The notes under the pieces were generated by a model that worked only from the letters and a program-made list of their open reading frames with translations, was not told where the DNA came from and ran no database searches. Positions 48,201-53,656 of a stretch of 64,000 bases of DNA are shown here, piece after piece. This stretch comes from a virus (taxonomy: Duplodnaviria; Caudoviricetes), in the IMG/VR virus record IMGVR_UViG_2851870198_000001, positions 1 to 64,000 of that record. One strand, 5' to 3'. A program made the translations under genes and the position numbers. The stretch's first letter is position 1. Every line of letters starts with the position of its first letter.

Positions 48201-51200
48201 TCGTTCAGCTCGGCCCGCAGACGCTCGATCAGCGAGTCGTCGGCGTCCTTGCGGGACTCCTCCGCCAGCAGCGACTGGAAGGTGTCCCGGATCGCCAGCA
48301 GCCGGCGTCCCTCGTCCGCCTGCGTCTTCGGCACGGGGAAGGGGTGCACCATGCCGTCGCGGACCTGCGTGAACGTTCCGTCAGGCTCGGCCTGCACGTG
48401 CCCGTCCACACGGTCCGAGCCTGGCGGCAGCAGCGTGACCTTCTTCCGGTCCGCCGGGGCGGCCTGGTAGCCCAGGCCGGCGTCCTTCGCCGCGGCGACC
48501 GTCCGCTTGAGCGTCCGCGCGAGGTTGGCGATGGTGTCGCCGTCGCCGTCCACGCGGAGCTCGTTATCACGGTGCAGGCCGTGCCCGACGGCGAGCTTCC
48601 CGAGGACCTGCTCGGGGTGGTCGTGGAAGTAGGAGTTGTAGAAGACCGGCTGTGCACCCTCGGTCTCCGGGTCCGCCTGCCCGGGCAGACCGAAGCGGGG
48701 CAGGGAGTGCACCCACATCGGCGGGTCGTCCTTGCCACGCTCCGACGGCCGCTTGATCTCGCCCTTGCGGTTGCGGCCCGAATTGAACGCCTTGTCCTTG
48801 TCGCGGCGCCGGAAGATCAGCAGGTCGGTCATCACGCTCGTACCGGCGGTGCGCTGGTGCGCGCCGGACGGCAGACGGATCGCGCCGACGAGCTCGGCCT
48901 TCTCCGCCATCTCCATACGGGCGGCCTCGGCCTTCCCGCCGTGACCGTCCATCGTCAGAGCCGAGGTGACCACGGCGACCAGGCCGCCGCCGCGGGTCAG
49001 GTCCAGGCTCTTGAGGATGAAGTGGTTGTGGATCGAGTGGCCGCCCTTGTTGTGCACCAGGTCAGGCACCTTGTACCGGCCGAACGGCACGTTGCCGATC
49101 GCCATGTCGAAGGTGCCGTTCGGGGCACGGGTCTCACCGAACGACTCGTGACGGATCTCCGAGTGCGGGTAGAGCGCACCCGCGATACGGGCGGTGATCG
49201 GGTCGACCTCGACGCCGGTCATCTGCGCACCGTCGGGGGCGTAGCCGATGAAGTTGCCGATGCCCGAGCCGGGCTCCAGCACCTCACCGTTCTCGAACCC
49301 GAGGTCACGGACCGCGGCCCACACCTGCTGGACGATCTGCGGGTCGGTGTAGTGGGCGTTCAGCGTGTTCGAGCGGGCGTCTTCCCACTCGGCATCGGTG
49401 AGGAGCTCCCGCAGCCGCTCCGCGAGCGGCGCGAACTGGGCGTCGGGGCGGGGCTTGAAGATCTGCGGGACGGCACCCCACCCGGAGTAGCGGGCGAGCT
49501 CGGCCTGTTCGTCCGCGGTCGGCGGGCGGTCCTCGTCCTGCAGCCGGTGCAGGATCTCGATGGCCGCGATGTTGGCCTTGGCGCGGTTCAGCGGGGAGGA
49601 CGGGGCGAGCGTCGCCCCGTCGGCCGGCGGCTCGAACGCCGGGACGGCGCCGTTGCGGACCCTCTGCAGCCACTTGGCGGCCGTGCTGGAGGGCGTCGGG
49701 GCCGCCGGCCCCGTGTCGTCGTCCCCTACAGAGGCGGCAACGCCACCGGCGGCATGTCCTTCATCTCCGTCCCCGGCTCCTTCTCCACGCCGTACACCAT
49801 CTCGTGCAGCACCCGCTCGCGAGCCCGCATCCGCACCGACTTCAGCTCGTGCGCCCGCTCCACCACGTCCGTCCCCTCCCGAAGGGGCGGCGCCCACTCG
49901 TCCGTCAGCGCCTCGATTTCCTCGAGAATCTCCTCCGACCGCTGCCGGGCGAACTCCTCCAGCTCCGCGTTGCTGGCCATCGCCGCCACCTCGCTGGGCC
50001 GGTACGTTTTCCAGAACGTCCGGACGAGATCCTCGTACACCGCTGTTCCTCTCGTTGTGGTCGGCCAGGGCCTTGCGTGCGGCGCTGACGTTGTCGCGCG
50101 CCAGCCGCATCAGCTTCTGGACATACATGTTGTCGCGGCCCTCAAGACCGCGGGTCGCGCGCTGGATGGCATCCAGCGCCCGCTGGAACTCCTCGATCGC
50201 CTCGGACGGGGTCGACTCGCCCCGCTCGAAACGCTCCGCTGCCTCGGCAGAACCGTAGGCGAGCTCCCGGGCGGCCTCATCACCGTGCAGCCGCCCCAGG
50301 TCGTTGATGACGGGCAGGAGCGTGTTCTGCGCCTCCTGCAGCGCCTCGTTGATCTGCTGCTGCAGGGCGGTCTCCGCCGCCATCTTCGCGAGGTCGCGCT
50401 CCTCGGCGCGGGCCGCACGGTCGGCTTCCTCCCGGGCCGCCTGCGCCTTCTCCTCGTCCCGCTCGTGTACCAGGCCCGCGATGGCCGCCTCACGGGACAG
50501 GAACGTCCGCTCGGAGCTGTAGCGGGTGCCGTGGCCGAGCCGGTTCCACTTCCACATACCCCGGCCGCCCTGAAGGGTGGCGTTGTCCGAGCTGTCGCCG
50601 TCGATGGTGACGGGGATGTGGCCCCAGTCGTTGACCGATCCGAGCGCGACGCGGGACAACTGCGCCGAGTACGTCTCGGCGTCGCGGCGTTCGGCCTCCT
50701 CGATGATCTTCCCGCCCTCGACCTCATGGCGGTCGCTCTCTGCGGCGTCGTCGGTCTTCACGGCGGCCCGGACCGCAGCGTCGTAGGCGGCGTCAAGGTC
50801 TTCGCGCGGGACCGTGGACCAGTCCCGGCGCTCCGGCTGGGCCTGCGGCGTCTGCTGCTGCGGGCGCTCCTCCGGTGCAGCCGGGGCCGGGGCGGCTCCC
50901 TGGGCGGGGGCGTTGCCGCTCTGCTGCTGGGTGTCCCGCTCCGCCTGCCGCTTGCGGTACTCCTGCGCCCAGTACGTGTCTTCACGCCCGGCGTCGATCT
51001 CGTACTGGCCGCGGATGTCGTCCATCAGCAGGCCGAAGTCGCGCTTCCATCCGCTGATGCGGGAGGGGTGGCGCTTGTACAGCTCCGGGTCCCACCAGTC
51101 GATCGGCTGACCCGGGCGGCCGGGCTCTTCGAGCTCCGCGCCGAGCCGCATCGCGAACCGGTCGGCGTCGTCCAGCGTCTTGAACTGGCCGCCGGCACCC

Positions 51201-53320
51201 CCGGCGTAGCCGAGCGAGCGGCCGTCGTAGGCGCGGACCACCTCGAAGTCGCTGGGGCCCATCTGGATGACCGCGAACCCGCGGTGATCCGACATGGTGA
51301 TCTTCCAGCCCTCACGGCCGGCGTACGCGCGCAGGCGGTCCCGGGTGCGGTCATCGAGCGCCGGGTCGCCACCGTTCTTCCAGTAGTCCCGCAGCTGACC
51401 GGTGGTGCTCGGCTTCTTGAAGCCGTCGCCGTTGTCGTCGTTGCTGGACGGTCCGACGTGGCCGACACCGATGTTGGCCGCGGGCACGCCCGTGGTCTGG
51501 GCGAGCTGCTGGGCGGCCTGCACGAGCGGGTTCGGCCGCTCGGCCGGAGCCGCAGCTGGAGCAGCCGGGGCGGTGGGGGTGGCGGGGGTGCGCTTCTCGG
51601 CGGCGCCCTGCTTCTTCTTCGCGGCCTTCTCGGCGAACGCCTTCTTCGCGTCCTCGCCGGCCTGCCGCACCATCTTCTGGCCCTCGGGGGACTCAAGGCG
51701 CTGGTGGTAGCCGGGGCTGTCCCAGTCGAACGGCGTGCCGTCGATCTGTGCGACTTCCAGGCGGTTGGCGAACTCCATCGCCTCGCCCTTGCGTTCCGAC
51801 ATGGCCAGGCGGGCGCCGCTGCCGGAGACGATGACGGCATAGCCGGTCTTGGGCTTGCCGCCCTTCTCCACGGTCATCTTCGCGACGACGAACGTACCCC
51901 GGCGGGAGAGCTGCGGCTTGTCCAACTTGGCGAACAGGCCGGCGGTTTCCTTCTGGTGGCGCTGCTGTGCGGCCTTGTCGCTGGTGGCCGGCTCCAGGTT
52001 GCCGGTCTGCCAGTGCTGCTGCAGCGTGTTCAGGTTGGCGAACCGCTTGCCGCCCTTGTTTCGGGCCTTGGGTGTGGCTGCGGCGGGCTGGCCCGACGTG
52101 GACTCGGGCTTCATGCGGTAGGAGGTGCTGGCGGTGCCGTCCGAGCGCCACGCGCGCGGGACGAGCGGCTGATCCTTCCTCCGCTTCTTCGACGGCTTCG
52201 GGATCGGCTTCTTGCCGTGCGCCTGGAACCGGCGGTACGCGAGGTTCAGCGCGTCGGCGAGGTTCTGGGCGTAGCGGGTGACGTCTTCCTTGCCGTCCTG
52301 CTCGGCGAGCTCGGCCAGGCGCTCGGCGTCGTCTGCGAACCACGAGAGCCGGTCGAACTCCGTCGGGTCGGCCTGATCGGTCGGGCTGTCGGCGAGGTCG
52401 AACGGCTCCCCGCCACCGAGGTAGTCGGCCAGCTCGTTGTAGACGTCGTCTGCCTCGCTGTTGCCCCACTCGCCGGGCCAGGCGTTTTCCAGGTCCTCGA
52501 AGTAGTCGTTCGACAGGTCACGCAGGGCGCGGCGGGCGTGGTTGCTGTCCCAGAACTGCAGGTAGTGCTTGTTCACCTCGGGGCCGTCGGCGCGCAGCGC
52601 GTCACCGTTGCCCATGACGTGCCGACGGCGGCGGCTCTCCGGGCCGGCGCCCCCGTTGTCCGTCGTGATGGGCAGCAGATCGGGGAAGTCACGCAGCGGG
52701 TGGTTGCCGCGGTCCTGCGCGGAGCGGCCGGGGTCCTCGTCGCTGTCGTCCGGGCGGGACATGACGCGGCCCTGCGGGACCATCGGCTCGTCATCGTCGT
52801 CTTCGGGGTCGTCCGGGTCGGCGCCGAGGTCCACCCCGTCGACGTCGTCCCCGATCGGGTTGCCCTCGTCGTCCTGGTCGTGCGGGTCGTCGGGGGTCTG
52901 GCCGTTGTCACCGGGGTCGGTCGCCGGGTGTTCGTCGGTGTCGGGGTCGTCGTCCTTGTCGGGGGCGTGCTCGCCGTAGCCCAGGCCGCGGTTCTGGTCG
53001 CCGTAGCGCCGCTCGTCCTCGTCGCGGACCTTGCGCTTGCTCTTGGTCGGCGCCGAGCCGTCGGGGCGCGCGACCATGGTGAGCCGGGAGGCGTGGATGG
53101 TGGACCGCTTGCGCGTGGCCACGTTCTCCACCAGCACGTTCCGGCCGCCGAGGGAGCGCAGGACACGCGCCATGCCGCCGCCCCAGAGCCGCGCGATGCC
53201 GCCGGTCTCGATGAACCGGCCCTTGCTGTCGCGGGGGTGCAGGTCCGGGTTCCAGGGGCGGCGCAGCCTCTTGGTTTCGAGGCTGGCGATGATGAGGTCT
53301 GCGGCGCTCGTGATCGGCAT
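30248..53320 (-). CDS. Giant DarB-like polyvalent protein (~7,690 aa): N6-adenine MTase, SNF2 helicase, UvrD-like helicase, repeats, degenerate zincin
   Basis: MTase EPGSGIGNF (~49260) and GNVPF (~49085). SNF2 AHEVGAGKT (~47075), DEAH (46562-46573), QRNGRVIRQGN (~45460). SF1 ALAGTGKS (~42365), DEAQD, GDSNQAIYGFRGA, QSFRFG, TAHKSKGLE, YVALTRA (~40695). ATG 53320 preferred over 53332 from promoter spacing. Confidence 0.9.
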   Translation of the reverse strand: MPITSAADLIIASLETKRLRRPWNPDLHPRDSKGRFIETGGIARLWGGGMARVLRSLGGRNVLVENVATRKRSTIHASRLTMVARPDGSAPTKSKRKVRDEDERRYGDQNRGLGYGEHAPDKDDDPDTDEHPATDPGDNGQTPDDPHDQDDEGNPIGDDVDGVDLGADPDDPEDDDDEPMVPQGRVMSRPDDSDEDPGRSAQDRGNHPLRDFPDLLPITTDNGGAGPESRRRRHVMGNGDALRADGPEVNKHYLQFWDSNHARRALRDLSNDYFEDLENAWPGEWGNSEADDVYNELADYLGGGEPFDLADSPTDQADPTEFDRLSWFADDAERLAELAEQDGKEDVTRYAQNLADALNLAYRRFQAHGKKPIPKPSKKRRKDQPLVPRAWRSDGTASTSYRMKPESTSGQPAAATPKARNKGGKRFANLNTLQQHWQTGNLEPATSDKAAQQRHQKETAGLFAKLDKPQLSRRGTFVVAKMTVEKGGKPKTGYAVIVSGSGARLAMSERKGEAMEFANRLEVAQIDGTPFDWDSPGYHQRLESPEGQKMVRQAGEDAKKAFAEKAAKKKQGAAEKRTPATPTAPAAPAAAPAERPNPLVQAAQQLAQTTGVPAANIGVGHVGPSSNDDNGDGFKKPSTTGQLRDYWKNGGDPALDDRTRDRLRAYAGREGWKITMSDHRGFAVIQMGPSDFEVVRAYDGRSLGYAGGAGGQFKTLDDADRFAMRLGAELEEPGRPGQPIDWWDPELYKRHPSRISGWKRDFGLLMDDIRGQYEIDAGREDTYWAQEYRKRQAERDTQQQSGNAPAQGAAPAPAAPEERPQQQTPQAQPERRDWSTVPREDLDAAYDAAVRAAVKTDDAAESDRHEVEGGKIIEEAERRDAETYSAQLSRVALGSVNDWGHIPVTIDGDSSDNATLQGGRGMWKWNRLGHGTRYSSERTFLSREAAIAGLVHERDEEKAQAAREEADRAARAEERDLAKMAAETALQQQINEALQEAQNTLLPVINDLGRLHGDEAARELAYGSAEAAERFERGESTPSEAIEEFQRALDAIQRATRGLEGRDNMYVQKLMRLARDNVSAARKALADHNERNSGVRGSRPDVLENVPAQRGGGDGQQRGAGGVRPAAVGGDSRGNRGADGRVGAAPSGGDGRGGAGARAEVGADAGSRAGAARDGVRRGEGAGDGDEGHAAGGVAASVGDDDTGPAAPTPSSTAAKWLQRVRNGAVPAFEPPADGATLAPSSPLNRAKANIAAIEILHRLQDEDRPPTADEQAELARYSGWGAVPQIFKPRPDAQFAPLAERLRELLTDAEWEDARSNTLNAHYTDPQIVQQVWAAVRDLGFENGEVLEPGSGIGNFIGYAPDGAQMTGVEVDPITARIAGALYPHSEIRHESFGETRAPNGTFDMAIGNVPFGRYKVPDLVHNKGGHSIHNHFILKSLDLTRGGGLVAVVTSALTMDGHGGKAEAARMEMAEKAELVGAIRLPSGAHQRTAGTSVMTDLLIFRRRDKDKAFNSGRNRKGEIKRPSERGKDDPPMWVHSLPRFGLPGQADPETEGAQPVFYNSYFHDHPEQVLGKLAVGHGLHRDNELRVDGDGDTIANLARTLKRTVAAAKDAGLGYQAAPADRKKVTLLPPGSDRVDGHVQAEPDGTFTQVRDGMVHPFPVPKTQADEGRRLLAIRDTFQSLLAEESRKDADDSLIERLRAELNEQYQAYFDKYGAINRYTWAERTATDPETGETVKKKYRKKAQRAGLFTKDPTMANISPLDEYDDITKKTTRAAIFTKRQGTYREIAEFADSPQDALAIVMEREGQLTADGLARVMDTDAEDAVAQLLAARSVDPDTGVEYPLAFQAPDGKLVMAADYLSGNVREKLTAAREAAAENPAFDINVEHLERVIPPDLSTGEIAAPMGASWLGHEPVQQFLRETLGTDQIKVSWQGGSLWAVDAPDSVKKAVAFRTRDTWSAPGYDAIKLAEAILTNRKIVVTVKTRDGSIFDPKATEDAKTKAELLKEAFTDWLWADPDRAEKYKRLYNDQFNSMAPRSYDGQRRTIPGLVEWFKPHPHQHAAVARMVNEPSVLLAHEVGAGKTAEMAMGVMELRRLGLVKKAALVVPGHMLDQFRQEFAEIFPESVANNRILTASSDDLAGKGRREFIARAAAGDYDAIIMTQTAFESIQMRPEVQETYIRRRLERLEAKIEAQKAIDGEDNDTRLVKRMETQLKTLREKLDKKLSGMKDAAGLHFEDMGIDYVVVDEAHMYKNLDTPSSIAAIDGSNRASDLEMKLEWLRERSTTGRVVTFATATPVANSIAEVHTMMRYLRPDLLEQLGLMDFDDFASTFGQMVSAVERGADGSYTEKVRLAAFQNVPELLRMWRAFADVKTSEDLDLPVPDIAGGKAVTITMPMSEAQEAYEEEIKARAARLAGGRVDPKEDNHLKLLGDGRMAALDPRLIDPEMGGGNKLPTVADNIVRIHEQTKDAEYPTSKTDPTPHPEKGGLQIVFLDLGTPKDPGKTKKRKKKAGDGEDAADPTGEDGEGYTDFSTYDELKQLLIARGIPSEKIRFIHEAKDDAAKARLFHEARTGKVSVLLGSTAKMGTGTNVQLRATALHHVDAPWRPADVEQRNGRVIRQGNANAEVAIFQYATERSTDAKFWEAIARKARFIRQLMRGSLNERVVEDIGEVKFDADEASALVAGDPHLIAQAQLRPIVKRLRSRYNAHQRSQEGFQRAIRDAELAEEQTTKLVATLQDAIAKRKPTRGEDFNARIGRTDFAGTEGREEARKALSAALRAVEADGRRRAYDPDEPPKIIGQVGGLDIAAKFSRAWNSYASRYDNGVRLELPAVPGSARTYEAHQLVDVDGKPPRIPLQRVEDSIANLEAQVRRQEDMLSDKRRAAEQASVRVGKPFELAEEFEKANRQLEILNEVMRLKAQPQSTEAAAAQQKASIDALDAEMRALVGEEEEDVLAQVSARDLDLTPKTPAPPSITQDDKGQVRFIWPTTEARDAERDKKLAAKRAEFEARFQQRQTNAPSQPDALTMNESELTSEVERLGGLIAREEASEADILRHAGLQREQKRRTRRKARKQGQNPAGDVGTASTAEPTAEDTSTDAPETATDSDTRPSEPPQTEAPEAPEAPETDESTAPQEPEDDESEASEAPETQTDESAAPEQPAQAPEREASSTGESADNSQAAQPQPEETPAAAQPSPARERAPRNRERQQPAVRPFANDREWRQALAGVEAAQGEITRAVEAAYGRGEEPGSARALRTAVFDAIAAQEAGDFDDATGGLAEAHEHAQRLRDELPSDVDAEPLARFMRVVDDYLARHAVTVEKRRREDEQRDRAEQQADAALRESLGLSPAPAPAPEADASQTSQPSEPDTRPAAAPSAGRAWEGGDFQPGDTVHFWNRSAFNAEQRGEFLRSAGPDSAILRGRNGDEREVEYIDVVGRTRDGEFQDDPPATSAGNEERPVAAPDPQPAPAAPSPVPERAERPRSAPSDSRPVAGTSPADMTDEEIADEVDDLHDRIEALRDATDSVDLAYRFRLEKRKFELEDAERRRWKPTPEYDDDGKVKERDRGDVIRDRLSGYGLNDAEAVGLVERVEDLPAAKEHGYSDEEWARISAEASARESYPPTEEQNIIIEGAARRGLNMAVMALAGTGKSSTLKMLSHRMPGKKIVYLAFNRSVAAEAREAQARGEYAKNLTASTANAYAAKVADKRLNNRLPSNRRNGFKKLSAQQIADRMRWYDTVKAGNRDLSPGGAATVAERMIREWAKSADAEMLPKHITGAKSAQERRDLFNAVKPLADRMWDNLTDPTRGDPDEDLTMDFDYIVKMWALGGYKLDADTLFWDEAQDVNPVMEGVVRGALAQGVQVVAVGDSNQAIYGFRGAADALGKLPVDARATLTQSFRFGPAVADAGNRFLRLLGTRMRLKGFDRKQSRLDTIKPGDETMVIARTNAGVALAAVEALSAGRRVAVSGGVKDLQEFVQAARALANGERTDHAELARFNGMAFDDILEAVKGDPDLQQLKSLFDLLEKHADDIDKLLESGAQRAETENVGGRVWVNLDWNDPKVDQLKRWLGDGKNNGVGKLLYDPATRRYFYEPGKRDVPWKNERSGRSGVHKVDNKLSLEEAQQKIDAHLAKLYPQEDSEGGRLVDEKREHDVLVTTAHKSKGLESERVRIADDFRGPEYNEHGNIKWETIPDDEALRVAYVALTRATDVLDAGSLGWVFQATREDDPTLPPNGDYRRDWVLDEFNVGDRIDFQEEDGTPNVGTVDRIDAPGMYVRYEVDGQDREQWIGPAQVLRLNGQGRPQLPVASDEELDRALAEGRYEPVSTTPAPSADTAPDPAPSPSADAPETAAGRQWGVDDWVVTPNGEGRVIVSDGDKVIVLDGGGAPRTYEPRQLSMPGEARTAEHDAPTAKEAARQEKRQRDSEAAQSPEGLQLFYGSRLANLNLDEGHGQVLDEDGNVVGWVRRRGSVWLGQDARGGTAQGSTAESASDPLHGPREAAQQIDGGLGDSHMRLPLQDTSWRHLRPEEGRDEIQYSEFSDAQREQFFKLIKGWEKSSDSELSQAAQGWSRGLNYQQMERIAAAFTAAADDVDTSTPEGRREQAVLNRAADKVRAQARRAWLNWQTMPPPGEPDVVGNYDNPEWVPYGHRGDAGRSGAPAPTAAGDGADAPAAASRYGGDMVPASEIREGDWVSVDQDDIFGRGPGRIVGKVTGVRVYDGRVTFDVSAKRPKSEKGTFGEHAIVGLGDLVERLPEGNPGREDTSDLARRLEEHEGEQRARRKRVPEGWTAVEDPMSIEMRPGDRFRVRDLLEHGTRGRQMYKEVVVRGSEPVRFDSDGIALWGDELNPSVLFRQHNIVAVPEDRVARSGGQNAPAVPSAAAEGTRERAGEFDGKPLELGEPTVVPHSSLPDRADMSETRRAVYLDGERIGSLQTSGGPASRGWVGAHHDVHGSLGWFQPSDGEVTGTATAVSNPAEAAALAVAEANDSPMLGFPGDTTGRADGIKRWAGVWAEPQPAGVRNAYLDRVLAHHSPDWLGSVDPERVRLWLRTAVAVDPLAQYDENTRRNLAEAPPEARQYLAGLAADLRSSVQQTGEELRLDLRRVLVDHIATEKGREKARELAGEMFKDRTGKIRTAVREQIARARAGAAEHGLSEQQAEDFIVNVVGGDNPDQVALGVRGAYPEAMRPLHAAKSDADAYWSAFAGWARREDSGRWHGQYWDNGRRTTLGAPPAPFADAQAGSGVVKVGEAELPKGMRWARGSDLRQGDIFHAAQSRQPGDDTFNGLEPPSYVIHTHRGGREGDVRSVTLDSDHGQTHVKPDQWVVIVEDPEPAVRKKARSRARTDTFTQWEVPVDDETYELGGPDRVSALAARAELTPIAKDKFDREAEWTVSVDGVEIGRIENDREKVLLYHSETSDGQRRTWHGQELAKAGLVAAHDAATGRGEQDDDRPAQTDERDRRDGRREDNDDQRAPKREREGREGGSGGGGEPPNGGDAPQRPGDDDSGQDSGRQGDGDQEGREDDDRRRRRNRSGNDRPRPEGAGGGPDLPRPRVPHMPDIDSDAPDDGPDGGASRSGDGSGQDNDAGRTLDRAAAARRFGSADRMRDLARQAVAVDDLGPAGSYDEVWMGGRLIGHAIHTTGGSWAPYSKFTRDPHPDFQEREGAVAELVRLAQEHGELPVDRLAPSTPFIGSVVSMPKEAPGRLDLTPEESERWRALSGLLEDLRAGRPASGNVADDISQAIDELDWVTGRYKPNRDEFWKPGADAANLRNLLNTIRPDNPRASHHQISKARAAWKALQALEESGSAGTATPIRDLRPGDVVRVMGKRPSWDINDTEYSGYLRGTPKRVTRTRDGQKERVWQLRLGSTPWDDNPDAQRVTPRHEMTVQVPADGTGSLLARADDVDMPTEDYVARSRATANAPDGTSTGGRTDGVGAGPAAPQGDIPRVPSTDEMREQYATGEKEIISAEGERVLFGSPERMRELAEEGTAPTPALQADQGEQVWRNGRFIGRLFAPHRFVNADNPEEVWWSQEPWDSRGINFSTREAAIANLVLRDKERGEPDLSVVPERLARGIALYDNGLAFNPDDEFRGYPSLEDNADDMRRYRGLRAHLAQLGRGESPSGNVADDLAHAHDELLWLDSTHYKEPESEQGKGHMVGPGSLARMLGDALNSLRPEDPRATHHQHRQDRAAKQFLDQLKADGGESRAVSVPVGELQPGDIVRLSGRITGLYPGATGDQIGYVVGKPARATITQNGKRTNARRIALSPSPRSQYGVGGSTFLIPADENVRRLMAAGDVRLPLDEHTYGRQLGETSRLDHPNGLDRAPGSSSAPDAGSPEPGQRDARAGGSATSQDREAPSGQAPARSEDTPVTGGAAAPSQGGAASRSGDAPARGTDASPTAAGSRSTGSGPQSGERTGTGTGGAPASRPQQSEAPAADTGTDEPPAPPEPVGGRPAEWVRVSDLGMGDLVRVDGTTKRGTTRTLAGYVVDGPREIQTTQGRKMQDKHRILISDTPDGAGSPVWVSPDAAAARATRDGDDTTVTEGSPRTGADSDVLTGRISGRVATDASGNGLFPGSLVTDSRGNDGVVVGANAATVQVRFGDDRTDDVQAPSSLNVTDGGAARPAGWTPDGHRVDVGHVVGDRDGNMLGTVEEVDGDTATVATPDGMTPMPVTGLRVLGGTADSSDQQPKVARVERVTAGDLREGDVMVRDGHPTKITGIERDEETTLIGSDDPDTGETDWQAVPNGTPVDRALDAQGGAPDLAPEDTPKPAEPITSHEPKPHVEPVTGPTVDPQLSPEERDAATDRSASATSDPDAEQAAARIGQDLPVTPQQASALADDLREGADPATPEGRAAKRAADHLDRAASPSGEAAGTTSDTAPEDVVIGGKRRAPNPLNPQINYIDGISREAWEQAKATYARSQTTNLGTPDWMFESMLKGIYGLKPDAIRDVLAHLKNGTEPAEFSRRAGTPDAGVSEGRPEPGTVGSVGEGDIIALPSEDNPDEMAAYRVVHIQEAAGGMRVLTVEDGDGIRSKRTLASGDALYQLPEPDVEPQAPTPTPAAGTDGSRNPNPAPNWDTVQNDYADAVARAVVDSAIEGTTIPGSIHALRQQIAEKVTTEALRDALQNLRRDLTAEVDLAGVTGDDRTRLLAGMRRAAAQARTAAVRAAVRTLDDLEPLDGETPEDTAKRAAELLRLIPESLRNRTEPSLNEGDGPAAGRVADEVSSHVSDAVTGALHDLDDGPLTPERRAQIVARLAGQMADSRDAAARRIAGHLPDSQMPGILAALVQIGRRVVELVAAFLKGLAAAAMSAARAVGRFVKGLARRVRSWPETRRLRRLQRSLPRPADGLSLAERMAHWGRLLPVPGRFGQVSRRARWYRRASRTALAAGQMPAVQDGMRWTADRAADRGPGAQALRHLAAVRAAGSDVDGEVIARLAAAAPELGDDPHGTVRHARRYAARADARLRDLQAAAAGGTPDLGPEIDAARLEAQHARQEAARLHDAYRAALPEAVRDALAEVREMGPAGRDRLTLSTGSDAEASRALVDASRYVPRDWLADRSAVFLTAVSGDAGGYDVDSGTATVADLGDGGRSTAAHALLAHLQQHYPDLQAAQETFGFVRTHTGRPGARRSSVDVLLERLFGGDQVVEDEIVARGLAAMFSGDWYRDDDLRAFLMGLLATR
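49726..50040 (-). CDS. Nested out-of-frame gene inside the giant CDS (104 aa; TnpV-like C-terminal motif)
   Basis: GAGAGGA RBS before the GTG; GC3 bias switches to this frame; helical protein ending RARERVLHEMVY; the host frame here is a G/R/A-rich shadow. Confidence 0.7.
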   Translation of the reverse strand: MYEDLVRTFWKTYRPSEVAAMASNAELEEFARQRSEEILEEIEALTDEWAPPLREGTDVVERAHELKSVRMRARERVLHEMVYGVEKEPGTEMKDMPPVALPPL

Positions 53321-53346
53321 GCGGCGGAACATGCATGCCGGGAGTG

Positions 53347-53362
53347 GTTAACGTCGCGGCCT
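53347..53362 (-). promoter_or_regulatory. Late-promoter element upstream of the giant gene
   Basis: AGGCCGCGACGTTAAC, 13-nt spacer, CATGTT, 7 nt, ATG 53320 (leaderless geometry). Confidence 0.6.
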
Positions 53363-53394
53363 CGGATTTCCGGCGGTGAGGGACTGGGGCCGGG

Positions 53395-53613
53395 CTACAT
53401 GGTTTCGGTGAGTATGTGGATCAGGAACCACACGGAGAAGCCGCTCCAGCCGACGGTGAAGAGGGCTCTGCCCGCTTTCGAGGTGCGGATCCGGAACAGG
53501 GTGCGGACGTTCTCCGACAGGGTGTCGCCGTCCTTGCGGTTCATCAGCGCCCACGTCTCAGCGAGCGCGAAGAGGGAGGTCCATCCGGCCCAGATAAGCC
53601 AGCTGTTGGTCAT
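53395..53613 (-). CDS. Small membrane protein (72 aa)
   Basis: ATG 53613 with AGGAG RBS; two Trp-rich TM helices around GDTLSE. Confidence 0.7.
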   Translation of the reverse strand: MTNSWLIWAGWTSLFALAETWALMNRKDGDTLSENVRTLFRIRTSKAGRALFTVGWSGFSVWFLIHILTETM

Positions 53614-53656
53614 GGCCGTGCTCCTGACTGCGTGAAGGGGAAGGGGGCGGGGTGCG

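Noticed and set aside
38456-53635. 5059-aa plus-strand ORF (also 30236..35956, 53720..56197, 9715..12819 and similar)
   Set aside because: Antisense shadows of high-GC3 minus-strand genes; V/G/L/R-rich with no motifs.
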